The notes: generated by a model from the sequence alone, not told the origin. 64,000 bases of DNA from Chrysomallon squamiferum (GCA_012295275.1 CM022670.1:1302001-1366000), one strand, 5' to 3'; numbered from the stretch's first letter, positions 12,066 to 25,091 are shown. Program-made: numbers and translations.

Positions 12066-12442
12066 GTAATTAGTATTAGTATTAATGTTATTATTTCTAT
12101 TTAGTTATGAATATTCTCTGTCTTATGTTCGTCTCATTAGACTCTGCACTTAGACAAAATTCGGGAACGCACTTTCACGATGCAAACTCTTTAAAAGGCT
12201 GATATTGCTGATCAGTTGATTTTGGTGTTTGCAATGAAACAGAAGTGGTGATGGTATTTCTTTACAAAGTTAAGCAACATTTTTATTCACAGAGTTACTA
12301 AAGAACAAGCAAACTCTGATGGAGCAGTTTTAAGTTTTCAAAATTAAAAATATTATTACAAATTAATATTACATAACACTAGCCCGTGTCTTCACATAGA
12401 AACATGTAAATATGTATTTGACGGTGAAGCAAACACAGAAAT

Positions 12443-12682
12443 TTAATAATCGACTAAATAGGTGCTGCCCACTGTGAGTGCCCAGTAGTCAGCTCTGAAG
12501 GTTCCAGTAAAGGAAGTCACATGACCAAATTGTTTTTTGATTTCAGTCAGTATCGTCAGAGTTTGACCTTCGACAGTATCAGTACCGTATCCATAGATAC
12601 GTTTTCTGATTTTCCTAACTGGAGGCATTGGTCTCCCAAACCCAATCAAATTTACAGAACACTTATCCACAAAGTATGAGTA
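12443..12682 (-). CDS. Locus B terminal exon (YSYFVDKC...GYGTDTVEGQT...FGHVTSFTGTFRADYWALTVGSTYLVDY*)
   Basis: Polypyrimidine tract plus ttgcag|; 240 nt to TAA; AATAAA on the minus strand near 12282-12287. Confidence 0.9.
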   Translation of the reverse strand, partial: YSYFVDKCSVNLIGFGRPMPPVRKIRKRIYGYGTDTVEGQTLTILTEIKKQFGHVTSFTGTFRADYWALTVGSTYLVDY

Positions 12683-13068
12683 CTGCAAGAAAGAAAAAAA
12701 AAAAAAAAAAAAAAATTGGTTTCACGCGCAAAGAGAATTATTACGCACATGCGTTCATTAACCATCGATCCATCGATCCTCCATATAGAACATATACATG
12801 CATATGTACATATATCTACATACATACATACATATATAGATATGCATACGTACATACACGCCATTCTACTCAGCAAAATATTGGTAAATATACGTTACTG
12901 CTAACAGATAAAATGACTCTACAGACTGATGTATAGAAGAAAGTATATGACTATAAGACATCTGATAACTGAGACTTTTAAAAAGTGATAACATTCTACC
13001 AATTCTTTCATTTACGTCTAAAGAAGCTTTTTTTTTTTCTTTTTTTTTCAGAATCAGAGAAATCGTAC

Positions 13069-13370
13069 CAGTATGACTTTCTGGATAGTGACTTCAGCAG
13101 GCACCTTAATCCACCAGGCTACAGCCAGATAGGACGTCAGAACTAGAACAACGGGTTTGTCTGTGTATCCCGAAATGACTAGAGTCGTATTCTCAACTTT
13201 AGCTGATGTTCGATAGATGTTTGTATAGCATCCAAGTACGTGAACTTCGGGCGACAGATTCAGATTGCTTTCATTGAAACAGCCGTACACAATCGCTTGC
13301 TTTCTGCCGCGATACAGTGGAACCGCCCTGGTTTGGTCTTCGCTGTGTACAAAACAACCAGCATAATCAG
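13069..13370 (-). CDS. Locus B domain exon (PDYAGC...PEVHVLGCY...KPVVLVLTSYLAVAWWI...KVIL)
   Basis: tttacag| and CTG|gtacga; 302 nt, phase 1 to 0; paralogous to 2287-2588 and 16041-16339. Confidence 0.9.
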
Positions 13371-13661
13371 CTGTAAATACAATTTTTAAATATTTCAAAT
13401 TGTGTCCCTTTACTTCATCGATTCGGACTGTTTCCCGTTCCGAACATGGCCTCTGACTCTGACAGTGTTTTCATCTCTGTGTGTGCGTGTGTATGTATGT
13501 ATGTATGTATCTATGTATGTATGTATGTATATGCGTGTGTATGTGAGTGTTTGTGTATTTTGCGTGTATGGGTGTGAGTGGTTGTATGTATATGTGTCTG
13601 TATGTACTTCTGTGAGCATGTGTATGTGTCAACAGATAAATTTATTTATAATGATACATAC

Positions 13662-13772
13662 GCAAGCACGTATAGTAGTTGTATCCAGTTTTGTCACAAA
13701 CACAGTATCCGTCAACACATTTGGCTTTTAACCTATGAACACCCGAACAATAAGTTCCCAGGCAGTGAGTAG
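13662..13772 (-). CDS. Locus B EGF-like exon (ATHCLGTYCSGVHRLKAKCVDGYCVCDKTGYNYYTCL)
   Basis: catttaaag| and |gtatgt; 111 nt, phase 1 to 1; six conserved cysteines. Confidence 0.9.
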
Positions 13773-14112
13773 CTTTAAATGATCATAATAAATATTTACA
13801 AATTATACACTTGTATGCTTACCTACCTACCTACCTATATATATCGATGCATATATGCATACATATATACATACACAAATACATTCATACATACAAACAC
13901 ACACTATTATTAAAATAAAAAGTAAAATAAAAATCAATTTAAAGCCAGTATATAAAAATACATAAATAAATAAATACATACATACATACATACATACATA
14001 CATACACACACGCATACATACACACATACAAATATATATACATACATACATTCATAAATATATACATACATGCAAACATACATACAAACATACATAGGCA
14101 AGCGAAACAGAG

Positions 14113-14251
<139 letters not shown>

Positions 14252-14663
14252 GTGTTTCACAGAAAGATAATTTTAAAATACATACTTGGAGTTAGTTCTG
14301 TAAAACAAAATAATAGTAACTACAGTGAGAAATAAATACAATCATTAGATTAAATACAGTCTAAAATATGACGTATTAACATTAAATAAGTAGATAAATG
14401 ATGATCATGGTACTGATTATTTTAATAACAATAGCACAAAGTTAGGTAAAAGAAGATGAAAGAACTTGATGTAACAGATAAGACTTGGGAACATAAAATA
14501 TATGAAATTTGAACAAATAAGCCAAGATAGGATGAGATATGATAAGATATCGTGATCACATATTTAACACAAGACACTGAGAGAACAGAAATAATAATTA
14601 TAATCTAAAGAATAACCAAGTTTGTTTTGTTGGGTTTTTTGTTGTTTTTTTGTAACCACTTAC

Positions 14664-14679
14664 CATTCCTTCCATTCCC
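14664..14679 (-). CDS. Locus B 16-nt micro-exon (GNGRN)
   Basis: ctattacag|GGGAATGGAAGGAATG|gtaagt; phase 0 to 1; same length and flanks as 17682-17697. Confidence 0.75.
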
Positions 14680-15547
14680 CTGTAATAGAATATAATTATT
14701 TATATATATATATTTTAGATTTGAAAATTTATGTATATGTACTTGTGTATGTGAACGTGCGCCTGTCAGTATATGTGAACTATGGATGTATACATATGTA
14801 TATGTGTGTGTTTGTGTGAATTTAAATACGTATGCACATAGATACTTATGTATGCGTGTATGTATACGTGTGAAGGATGTATATATGTGTTTGTTTGTAT
14901 GTATGTATGTACAGGTACTCACGAATGTATGTATGTATAAATCTATTTTAGGACTGAATATGTACATCTGACTAGACTCTGTAGGTAGACATTATTCAGG
15001 TAAACACATTGGCGCAGTCAAACTTCTTTATAAGGCCGATATTGTTGAACAAAATAAAAAAATAGGCAATTGTTATATGTAACAGGTTTCTTCTGTCTTC
15101 ACACCTAAACACAATGTTTCTATGACAACGTGCAAGCAGCAATACATAAAAGAGCTCATTGTAATAACCTGCGGTGTTAAAAGTGCCATCAAGAAACGTT
15201 TACCAAGCTGATTTCCCCTGAAGATTTTGAAAATAACTACACAGGAAAATATAACATTTATTCGTCAATTGCTATAATTTATAGTTTCGATGACCGTATA
15301 AAAGATAGGGTATTTTTATTATACGTTTGAATGGAGTCTGGCGCAAAAACGGGTAAAACGGGTACATTCTTATATACTTACATACAATCGATCGTTACTC
15401 AAGTATATTTGAGGCAGTGAATGGGGATGGATGTATGTCGAGAAAAGTTACAAAGAGGTTTAACTGTATTCCTCAACAATTCATTACTACTAAAATATTT
15501 CTTTGACAGTGAAGCAAACAAAAGAATTTTAATAATCAAATGATAAG

Positions 15548-15763
15548 TCAGCTGACCACTCTGAGTGACCATTGGTTAGCGCTGTAGGTTCCAGTAAAGG
15601 AAGTCACGTGTCCAAACTGTTTCGTGACGTCAGCCAGTAACTTGAATGTGTGACCTCCGAACATATCAATACCGTATCCATAGAAACCCGTTCTGCTTTT
15701 CTCAACTGGAGGGTTGTATCCACCACTCACAACTACAAAAGTCTTTTCCATAAAGTGTGAATA
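15548..15763 (-). CDS. Locus C terminal exon (YSHFMEK...GYGIDMFGGHT...FGHVTSFTGTYSANQWSLRVVS*); complete predicted protein is 233 aa, secreted
   Basis: ctcttgcag| acceptor; 216 nt to TGA; the following ~50 nt of 3'UTR are homologous to those after locus B. Confidence 0.9.
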   Translation of the reverse strand, partial: YSHFMEKTFVVVSGGYNPPVEKSRTGFYGYGIDMFGGHTFKLLADVTKQFGHVTSFTGTYSANQWSLRVVS

Positions 15764-16040
15764 CTGCAAGAGAGAAAGAAAAATGGTTTTAGTTTCACAC
15801 GTAAACAGGATACATACGTAAATACATTAACCTATCCATCCATCCATCAATGTACATATACATATATACATACATACACGCCATTCTACTCAGCAAAATA
15901 TTAGTGAATATACGTTACTGCTAACTGATAAAATGACTCTACAGACTGATGTATAAAAGAAAGCATACGACTGTAACACATCTGATAACTGATATTATTA
16001 AAACGTGATGAGATTCTAAACGTTTTTTTCTAAATCTTAC

Positions 16041-16339
16041 CAGCATGATTTTCTGGACAGTGATTCCAGCAGGCACAGTAATCCACCAGTATACAGGTTT
16101 GTAGGACGTCAAAACAAAAACAACAGGTTTGGTTGTCTGTCCCACCAAGTCAACAACAGTAAACACGGGTTCAGACGGTCCTTCCACGTTCGTATAGGAC
16201 GCAAGCACGTGAACCTCGGGCAACAGGTTCTCGGTGTTTTTATTGAAACAGCTGTACACAGACAATCGGCTTTTGTCATGATAAAGTGGAACCGCCCTGC
16301 TTTCTGTGTTTCTTTGTACTAAACAACCAGCATAATCAG
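16041..16339 (-). CDS. Locus C domain exon (PDYAGC...LPEVHVLASY...KPVVFVLTSYKPVYWWI...KIML)
   Basis: tttgcag| and CTG|gtaaga; 299 nt, phase 1 to 0. Confidence 0.9.
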
Positions 16340-16570
16340 CTGCAAATAAACAACTTAAATAAACAAAAATTATGTCCCTTTAATTCATCGATTCAGATTA
16401 TCTTCCGTTCCAGCCATGGCCTCTGACACTGACTGTGTGTGTGTGTATCAGTGTGTGCGCGCGTGTGTATGTGAGTGTTTATGTATGTGTGTATTAGTGT
16501 TTGTTCGTGTATATATGTATCTTGATGTATGTTTGTGTGAAGAGATAAATGTATGTATAAAGATACATAC

Positions 16571-16681
16571 GCAAGCACGTGTAGTAGTTGTACCCAGTTT
16601 TGTTACAAACGCAGTAATGGTTGACACATCTGGCTCCAATCTTAGACAACCCCGGACAATACGTTCCCAGGCATCGACTTT
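16571..16681 (-). CDS. Locus C EGF-like exon (KSRCLGTYCPGLSKIGARCVNHYCVCNKTGYNYYTCL)
   Basis: catttaaag| and |gtatgt; 111 nt, phase 1 to 1; six conserved cysteines. Confidence 0.9.
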
Positions 16682-16881
16682 CTTTAAATGATTATAATAA
16701 TACTTTACTTATAGATTATGCACTTGTAAACCAACATACCTACCTACGTATATACATGCATAAATATGTATACACACTAGCCCGAGTATCCTCTGTCGAA
16801 AAACAGATCACATTTGGATGTCATCAGCAGGAGATAGGTCTATATCTTGGCTGGTAAACTTATAGATATAGACATAAGGAA

Positions 16882-17009
<128 letters not shown>

Positions 17010-17105
17010 GGAAAGAGAGAGAAGGATAGGAAGTGCGTGAGTGATAGAGAGGTAGAAAGTGTAAGAATGTATGTCTTTCACAGGCAGTTTAACAATAAAA
17101 ACAAA

Positions 17106-17243
<138 letters not shown>

Positions 17244-17681
17244 ATGTATTTCACAAAGAGGTAATTTAAAAATAAATACTTGGAGTTTTTACTGTAATAG
17301 AATAAAAGTAAATACAGTCAGAAATAAATACAATCATTTTATTAAATACATTCTAAAATGTATGACTTGATATTAACTATAACAACAACAACAACAACAA
17401 AAATAACCATTGCAACAACAATTATAACAGCAGTAACAACAACAACAACAATAATGATTATAAAATACGTTAAACAGGATGAAACAACACGATATGATGG
17501 ATAAAATTGGGTCACATGAAATAAGGAAAACATTGATGAACTGGGTCAAGATAACATAAGATGAAATTAGATATGATAAGAAAGATAAAGTAAGATGAGA
17601 TAATAGCACTGATAATTCAAATATATTCTATAACCAGATATATATATATATTTAAAGTTAACTAATTAAGTAACAACTTAC

Positions 17682-17697
17682 TATTATTGTTATTCAC
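17682..17697 (-). CDS. Locus C 16-nt micro-exon (VNNNN)
   Basis: ctattacag|GTGAATAACAATAATA|gtaagt; phase 0 to 1 restores frame between leader and EGF exons. Confidence 0.78.
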
Positions 17698-17892
17698 CTG
17701 TAATAGTAAATATTTATTTAAGTATGCGTGTACGTCTGCTTGTATATAAGTATTTAAGTATTTACTTATGTGTACAAAAGTCCTTACGTATGTATGTATG
17801 TATGTATGTATCTATGTATGTATGTATGTATGTATGTATCTATGTATGTATGTATGTATGTATGTATGTATGTATGTATGTATGTATGTATG

Positions 17893-17925
<33 letters not shown>

Positions 17926-18077
17926 GTATATATATGCACGTATGTATATGTGTATGTATGTATGTATGTGTGTATCTATGTATGTATTTATGTGTGTATG
18001 TATGTATGTATGTATGTGTGTGTGTGTGTGTATGTATGTATATTATGTCATAAGAAATAACATAAACTAGTACTTAC

Positions 18078-18137
18078 TGGTGCTTGAGATAAAACTAAGT
18101 GTGATATAACCAGTAGAAATGTCAGCCTTACATCCAT
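18078..18137 (-). CDS. Locus C signal-peptide exon (MDVRLTFLLVISHLVLSQAP)
   Basis: ctcATGG start, 20 codons with a basic residue, hydrophobic core and small-residue C-region; phase-0 donor CCA|gtaagt matches the micro-exon; acceptor tgtttcag| 22 nt upstream (18160/18159) implies a 5'UTR exon further upstream. Confidence 0.75.
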
Positions 18138-18397
18138 GAGAGCTGTTTTATGTAAGAATCTGAAACAGCATGTAGAAACAACTAGCTTATATATATATTA
18201 TCATATATCTGGGAGTGTATATATATACATATATATATACTCCTAGATGCTGTTGCGAGATAATAAATACACAGGCAGGTTATTAAAAATATGATAATGA
18301 TGCTGAATGCGTCATATTTCACATAATTCATATTACGTATCATCTTTTTGAGACATCTCGATTTTTAATTTCATTATTTTATTTTTTATTATATATT

Positions 18398-18756
18398 TTA
18401 TTTTTTATTACTGGATACATTGAGAGTCCACTCATCTGCTCTGTAACATCCGAAAAATGATTTTACAGATCCCCATCTAGAGTCGAGATACTTCAACAAG
18501 CCGACTGTGTCTTCACCTCTTGACAAAACTAAAACAACAGGTTTCCAGCTTTCTCCTTTGATGTACGTATTTGTCGTTCCCGCTGATGCAGGTCTTGTGT
18601 GGACATTACCTTCGTAGTTGCTCAAGACGTGGACATCGTATTTTCCTCGTTCAACGTTGTTGACGCAGCTGTGAAGCTTTTGAGCAAAACCGTTGTACTT
18701 TGCTATGGCAACTGCACTGGGATTATCAGGAATTATCTTACAGTTTCCTACATCGG
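18398..18756 (-). pseudogene. Locus D: A-like paralogue with an in-frame internal deletion fusing the two domain exons; no EGF or leader exon found
   Basis: ttttcgcag| acceptor then DVGNCKIIPDNP...KPVVLVLS joined directly to RGEDTVGLLKYLDSRWGSVKSFFGCYRADEWTL; about 58 codons plus the intron seen in A are missing; frame still open; possible phase-1 donor TCC A|gtaata at 18412/18411. Confidence 0.7.
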
Positions 18757-20059
18757 CTGCGAAAACCAGAATAGAAATATCTAAAGTATTTGGCAAATCT
18801 AATAATAATAATAATCATAATCATAATCATAATAATTACAATACTACTACTAATAATAATAATAATAATAATAGTAATAATAATAGTAATAGTAATAAAA
18901 ATAGGAACGACAACAATAGTATCAACAGCAACAACAACAACAGCAATAATCATAATTTCCCCACTAGTGGGCAGTGATATTTGTAAATGTTATACAGACT
19001 GACCAGTGTCCATTTCCTGGTCTTTGAAATTTTGTTGAAAGTGTTAACCAATATATGTCAGATATTTGTGTTGTAGTTTAGACAACTGAAGATATGCTCT
19101 GATTTTAAACTGTGAAATTAATGTATTTTTAAAAATAGTAGTCTATATCGTATCAGTAATATTTGTCGAGAATTTCTTGTTCTCTTCTAGAAAAATCGAA
19201 AAAGAAGAGGAGACTCAGTGCTAGAAAAAACAAATGAATAAACAAAGAAACAACGATAGAATGACTGATAAATATCGAAAGCATAAAAGATAATTTTAGA
19301 AAACAATTATGGTGAATATTTATGCACTTTCAAATTTCCTATTTGTATTAAAATAAATTTTAAGTGAATCATTTTCAAACAAAAAGTTAACATCAGAAAA
19401 TAAACTAAAGATAAATGAATGGATGAATGAATGAATAAATAAATAATTAAAAAAAACAATAAATAATTAAAAAAAAAAAAACTAGTACTACTCCAAAGAG
19501 AAAAAGAAAATTAATACAAATGAAAAAAATGTTAACGAACATAATGTGAACCTAAATACATCTAAGGAGTTTGTTATCAGATTTCTGTTACAAACAAACT
19601 CTTGTTCTGTCTACATGTGTATTAAAATTCAACAAGCAAACTATTCCACATCGTGATTTTAATTACTAAGTTCTTTGTTCTTGTAAAATTCTACTGCCTC
19701 CATCTTCGGTTTGCAGGTCAAAGGTGTATATTTGCATTTGAGTTTATAAAAATAAAATCTGCATTTAGAGATTGGTCGACAAATCGCCGAGTATGATGTT
19801 TCATTGTCAAGTCACTTTGGTCATCTTACACTGAGCCTATTGTCCGCAGTCTGAAACTTGAGTAACTAGAAACAATCATCTTGTCTTTTTTCTGTCTTCC
19901 AAAAAAGAGTCGTAACGTAACGCGCTGTAGTTGTTTCCCCTGATAAACAAAACCTTGAATGTAATTACGATACAAACAATGAGAGGAAACAACTGGATGG
20001 AAATTTATTCTGAAATTTTATCTGACCGCTTGATTTATAGTTCTGTCATCAACCGGTGA

Positions 20060-20131
<72 letters not shown>

Positions 20132-20159
20132 CATAATAATCATAATCATAATCATAATA

Positions 20160-20380
20160 ATAATAATAATAATCATAACATGAACAACAACAACAAATAA
20201 TAATAATAAAATTATACAGCGATGTCACAAAGACTAGACGTATTTTTAGTAACTGGCTCAACTAGTTTTTCTATTTTCTTATTTCATTCTGGTCTTGGGT
20301 TTGTTTGGGGTCTTTCCCTCCTACCAGTATAATAAAAGACGTTATTTCACTCACGTAAACAGGTATATTTGTTATATCCG
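20160..20380 (-). repeat. Right copy of the inverted duplication (partner 11715-11940)
   Basis: AACTGGCTCAACTAG...TATTTCACTCACGTAAACAGGTATATTTGTTATATCCG. Confidence 0.9.
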
Positions 20381-20636
20381 TGCTAAGTCATTATTTATCG
20401 GAATTGGACAATACAGAGACTAAAAATATATTTTAAAAAAATAACAAAAATCAGAACAAAACAGCATAGTAAAATGAATTTGTCTCAAGGATGGTCGTTT
20501 ATAATATAAAATCCCAGTTATCATCGTAAGAAATAAGCTGTGTGAAGCGATGATCGTGTAGACAAATTCCGCATACAACCCTCAGTCTCTTGTGCCTGCA
20601 TAAACGTTTATTACTTACATACTGCCATGTTATATA

Positions 20637-21218
20637 TACTACTCAAACGAAGTTAAGGGCCAGAAATATTTGAGAAAATAAAAATAAGCTAATATGCTAA
20701 AATTGTGACGACCCAAGCCATAACTGAACTGGAGTAAGAACTGTGACTCATCTGTGAATAATGTCTCTGCCCACTGCCCACGTGTCCACCTGATGTGACG
20801 TCTGCGCAAATGAAGGCGAGCCAGATATCAGACTACATGACGCAGACATCGCAAACGATTCCTACTCGTCAGACGCACTGTTGTCTATAGCAGCTCTGAG
20901 TTGATCACGAAAATCGCCGTGCGGTCACAAAACGCTGTCACAGCGTCGATATCATCAGGAAACGTCTTCTCGTGCTGTTGTTGATCGTGATCTTCCAGAA
21001 CGGGAGTGATACTGAATAGAAGTAGTCGTCCTGAACCGCTTCCAGAGTCTACAGATATCACCTTGGTTTACATTTAGACACTGAGCCGCAGATCTTTGAG
21101 TGTGTTCATCTTGTCTAAATGACAACAGTAAAGTCAATAATCCTGTCTGGCCTAAAAAGAACACACTTTCAAAAATGATCAAAAAGTTCCTTTGAGTCTT
21201 AACTTCTTTTGAGTAGTG
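20637..21218 (-). mobile_element. Internally deleted Tc1/mariner DNA transposon (582 bp)
   Basis: 21-bp TIRs (TACTACTCAAACGAAGTTAAG at 20637 / CTTAACTTCTTTTGAGTAGTG ending 21218), both flanked by TA; transposase relics TQRSAAQCLNVNQGDICRLWKRFRTT...RSGRSRSTTARED (HTH), HIRWTRGQWAETLFTDESQF (first D of DDE) and SVMAW, with stops and frameshifts. Confidence 0.92.
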
Positions 21219-21741
21219 TATATAAATATAAAGCGATAAAGATGACAGATACATAATTTAAATCATATATCATGGTTTTGAAACATCTGAGTTTTTATTT
21301 TCGTCGTTATATTTTGATATAATTGTTTTTTTTATAGTCATTGTTACATATAATATACCAGTACACATTCTGCAGATATAAGGATTCCGAACATTTCACT
21401 ATATACAAAATATTTTAAATAAACGACATCCTCTCCGAATTTATCATAAATTGAAGTAGACGGCTACGGCGTTGTTTTTCTACGTTTTATCACGAACTTA
21501 CTGATTTTAGATAAATCATCTCTTTACTTTAAATGAAAAAGTGACTGAATGAATGAATGAACGAATGAGTCAGTGTATGTGTGTGTTAGTAAATGACTGT
21601 GAGTGAATGACAGTGAGTGAAGGAGTGAGTGAGTGAAGGACTGAGTGAGTGAAGGACTGAGTGAGTGAGCGAGGGAATGATTAATGAAGGAATGAGTGTA
21701 TGAATGAACGAGTGAGTTGAGAAAAAATATTGTGAAATACT

Positions 21742-21905
21742 GTAATTTATAGTTTTGATGATCGTATAAAAGATCGGGTATTTTTACTACACGTTTGAAC
21801 AGAATCTGTGGCCCGGCGCTTACCTGGAAAGAAGGGTAAAACGGGTACATCTTTATTTACTTACATACAGACGATCGTTGTTCAAGTATAGGTGGAGGCG
21901 GTGAA
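21742..21905 (-). repeat. Direct copy of 15274-15421; candidate 5'UTR exon/intron-1 boundary of locus C
   Basis: Shared blocks TAATTTATAGTTT..CGTATAAAAGAT..GGGTAAAACGGGTACAT..TACTTACATAC..CGATCGTT..CAAGTATA; a minus-strand GTAT|GTAAGT donor is conserved in both copies. Confidence 0.7.
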
Positions 21906-22858
21906 CAGGTATTTTGTAAAGGAGTATCTTATGCATGTGTAATTTATTGCATCATAACATTGTATATATTATTTTATTTACTTTTTGTTGTCCAGTAAAA
22001 ATTTAAAATTTAGAATCATTATTTCATATGTATATCAATGCTTAAAACATAATGTTTTATATTCACTGGTTTCTTAATCTGGAAATAACGAGAATATTTT
22101 AAAAGTCCATAAAAACGATACACATTTGATTTGTACTTGATACAAGATATTTGCAGATTGTAATATTACACAACAAATAAATATCTTAAAACAAATGTCT
22201 GTCTCTCACACATGCATGCACACTGTGAATGTGTAACAGTTACAGTGAGACAAATGAAGAAGTAACTTCCATTTAAACAACAAATCACCAGAATGCTCCT
22301 TGTAAACTGCGTGAAAATATATACACCGGGCTTTCTGTTATGGGATAACTCTCGAAAACCTATGACAAATCGCCCGTATTTGAGTTGTCTGCCGCTGAAT
22401 TACTTCTCCAAAAAAAAAAAAAAATTTTTTTTAAAAAAGTCCATGTTTCACGCAGACTCAGTCTTTGTATTATATTTATAAATCCTATTTCATTAACAAC
22501 TGTTTATTTTCTTTCCCGTACGTTAACCCTTAATTACTGTCATAATTGTCGTCTTTGGCAACAGCTACAACAATATCATAATAATTAATACATTTATAAC
22601 AATAATCTTGGTAACAAGATAAAAATGTAGAAATATTAGAGTTTGTAAACAATGATTATCTGAGAGAGGAAGTATTTTAGCTAGTAATTATTTTCCCATC
22701 CCTGGTTATTAGAGAAAAAAAGAAAAGGAAGTATAAACAATTTAACTCATGATCTCACTAGACACATATTTTTTTAAATAAACATGATAGATATTTTATA
22801 CTTAAAAGCGAATACATTTTACATTACATTACAATTAAAAACAAAATATGATTTAATA

Positions 22859-22904
<46 letters not shown>

Positions 22905-23956
22905 ATCTCTCTCTCTCTCGATCTCTGTTATTCACCCTCGTATGTTTCCTGTCTTCCTCTTTATCTCCTATTCTCACATATTTACACGTACACGCGTGAA
23001 ATCAGCACCATTACACACAAACAAAACAGCATCGATTGTTCAGTAATATCGATGTCGTCCGTTTATTTACGCATGCACACAAAACGAAAATAAAACTCAC
23101 ACTTATTTTTAGTTCAAAATCGTCAGACTGAAAGTCAAGGTCGAAAAACAAACAAGATAAGGGATAATTTTTATCCGATTTGTTACTGATATTCCAAACA
23201 TAAACTATCTCTGACTGAATAATAAATATTATTTTTCTAAATTTCCTTTCTCCTGTGTGACCGATATGTTGTCGAAGTGAAACAGCAGGCTGATACAGAG
23301 AGTCTGGTTGTGTTTCCATTCGGAGTCGCAGAGCAAACCTGCAATTTGTGAACAGGAAAAAAAAATAGATAAAATAAACAATGCAATAGAGATGTTTATT
23401 TATTTCTGGGGTTTTTTATGAGTCTTTTTTTTTTTTTTTTTTTTTTTGTAAAGATTCGTTGTTTTTGCTTGTATTCTGTTGTTATTGTTGTGATTTTGGG
23501 CTTTTTTTTTTTCTCGTTTGTTTCTTGCTTTTTTTTTTTTTTCTAGGTTGTTTTTTGTTTATGATTTTAAATGATTATTATTTCATTTTTTTAATGTTTT
23601 TTTTTGTTGTTGTTGTTGTTTTAATTATTTTATTTCTTTTACAACTGTAACTTATAAATCTTCTTTTTTAACCAGAAAATTTGTTCCTTTCATCATTCTT
23701 TAACTTCGCTTTCAATCAAAAAAGGAATCATTTTAAAATAAAAAAAACAAACAAGTGAAAAAAGAAACAAAAGAAGATAAAAGAATGGCAAAATGAAGAA
23801 AGAAAGAAAAGAGAGAAAAAGAGAAGAAAGAGAGAGAGAGAGAGAGAGAAAGAAGAGAAAAGAATGGCAAAAAAAGAACATACAAAGACATACATACATT
23901 CATAAATATATAGAGATGGAGAAAGATGCAAACATACATACAAACATACATAGGAG

Positions 23957-24032
<76 letters not shown>

Positions 24033-24059
24033 CAGTGTGCGGTGCTGAAAGATCTTCCT

Positions 24060-24310
24060 GAAGGCGTAACCAATCACAACAATTGTTACGTGTGAAGCGT
24101 AACCAATCACATTAATTCTTACATCTCACAAAATATATCTCGTTCCCGTGACACAGTTGTTAGGTATTAAACCGTATTCTTCTAGACTAATACAGGCGGT
24201 ATTTCGACACGTTACGTCACGGAAGAAGACGATTAATAACGAAGCTGTGTCACTAAGACCAGTTGATAGCTTTATGCTGAGAGGATATGGAGCGGAATAA
24301 GGTACGAGTA
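24060..24310 (+). promoter_or_regulatory. Candidate promoter: twin CCAAT boxes 33 bp apart, CRE-like and ETS motifs, possible first-exon donor
   Basis: GCGTAACCAATCACA twice (CCAAT at 24070 and 24103), TTACGTCACGGAAG near 24212-24225, locally CpG-rich, AATAAG|GTACGA near 24301. Confidence 0.4.
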
Positions 24311-25017
24311 TCAGTTTCAAAGAAAAATGGGACAAGGAGCTTGAGCCGTCTTATTTCTTTTTATAGATTCGTGAAAACCAGAATAAAAACAGGACGATTT
24401 ACATTTACACCATGCTGGGATGATCTCTGATGTGACGTGTTAATTTGATTGATTATTTGTACTCGATAACAGTTTTAGTTTACTGCTCAAACTGTGAACA
24501 TTTGAAAATTCTAGAGTAGTTTTTTTTTTTTACAAAACCAGAAACACTGTTTACCTTTAATTTAATTGCAATTTTTATTATTTATTTTTTTATTTTTTTA
24601 TTTTTTTATTTATTTATTCATGTTTCTTATTTTTATTTTTATTTGTGGTTTTTTTACTTTTTGTTGTTGTTTTTGTTTTGGCAGATCTGTTGTTGTTGTT
24701 TGTTTTTTTTTTTTTTTTTTTTTCATTCTCTTTAAAGCACGTCATACTCATTCAAAATACGTACTGTAGAAAACATTATTTTGCAAGTAAGATGGCTTAA
24801 GAAAGTCACTAATTAGTACTAACGGCATTATAACTGATACCAGGATCCCCTACTCAGAAATCACTTACAAGATGTAAAACCACTTCACCCTCTTTTCTCT
24901 CCAGCTAATTAACATATTGACATTGTTTTGACAGACAGCCGAAGATGTTTTAGCTCGGTGCCCACGATGTATGTACCTGGACATTCAGCGAATAAACACA
25001 TTACTTTACATTATGTA

Positions 25018-25091
<74 letters not shown>

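Noticed and set aside
14605-14967. ORF MYIFSPKIDLYIHTF|gtgagt in frame with the B micro-exon as B's first exon
   Set aside because: Not signal-like, overlaps a (TATG)n tract, and the homologous sequence is intronic in C.
18940-20060. Expected EGF and leader exons for locus D
   Set aside because: No six-cysteine frame or matching splice flanks found by eye.
23011-23338. Minus-strand ORF with acceptor and donor-like ends
   Set aside because: None of the three frames resembles the family or any known motif; no partner exons found.
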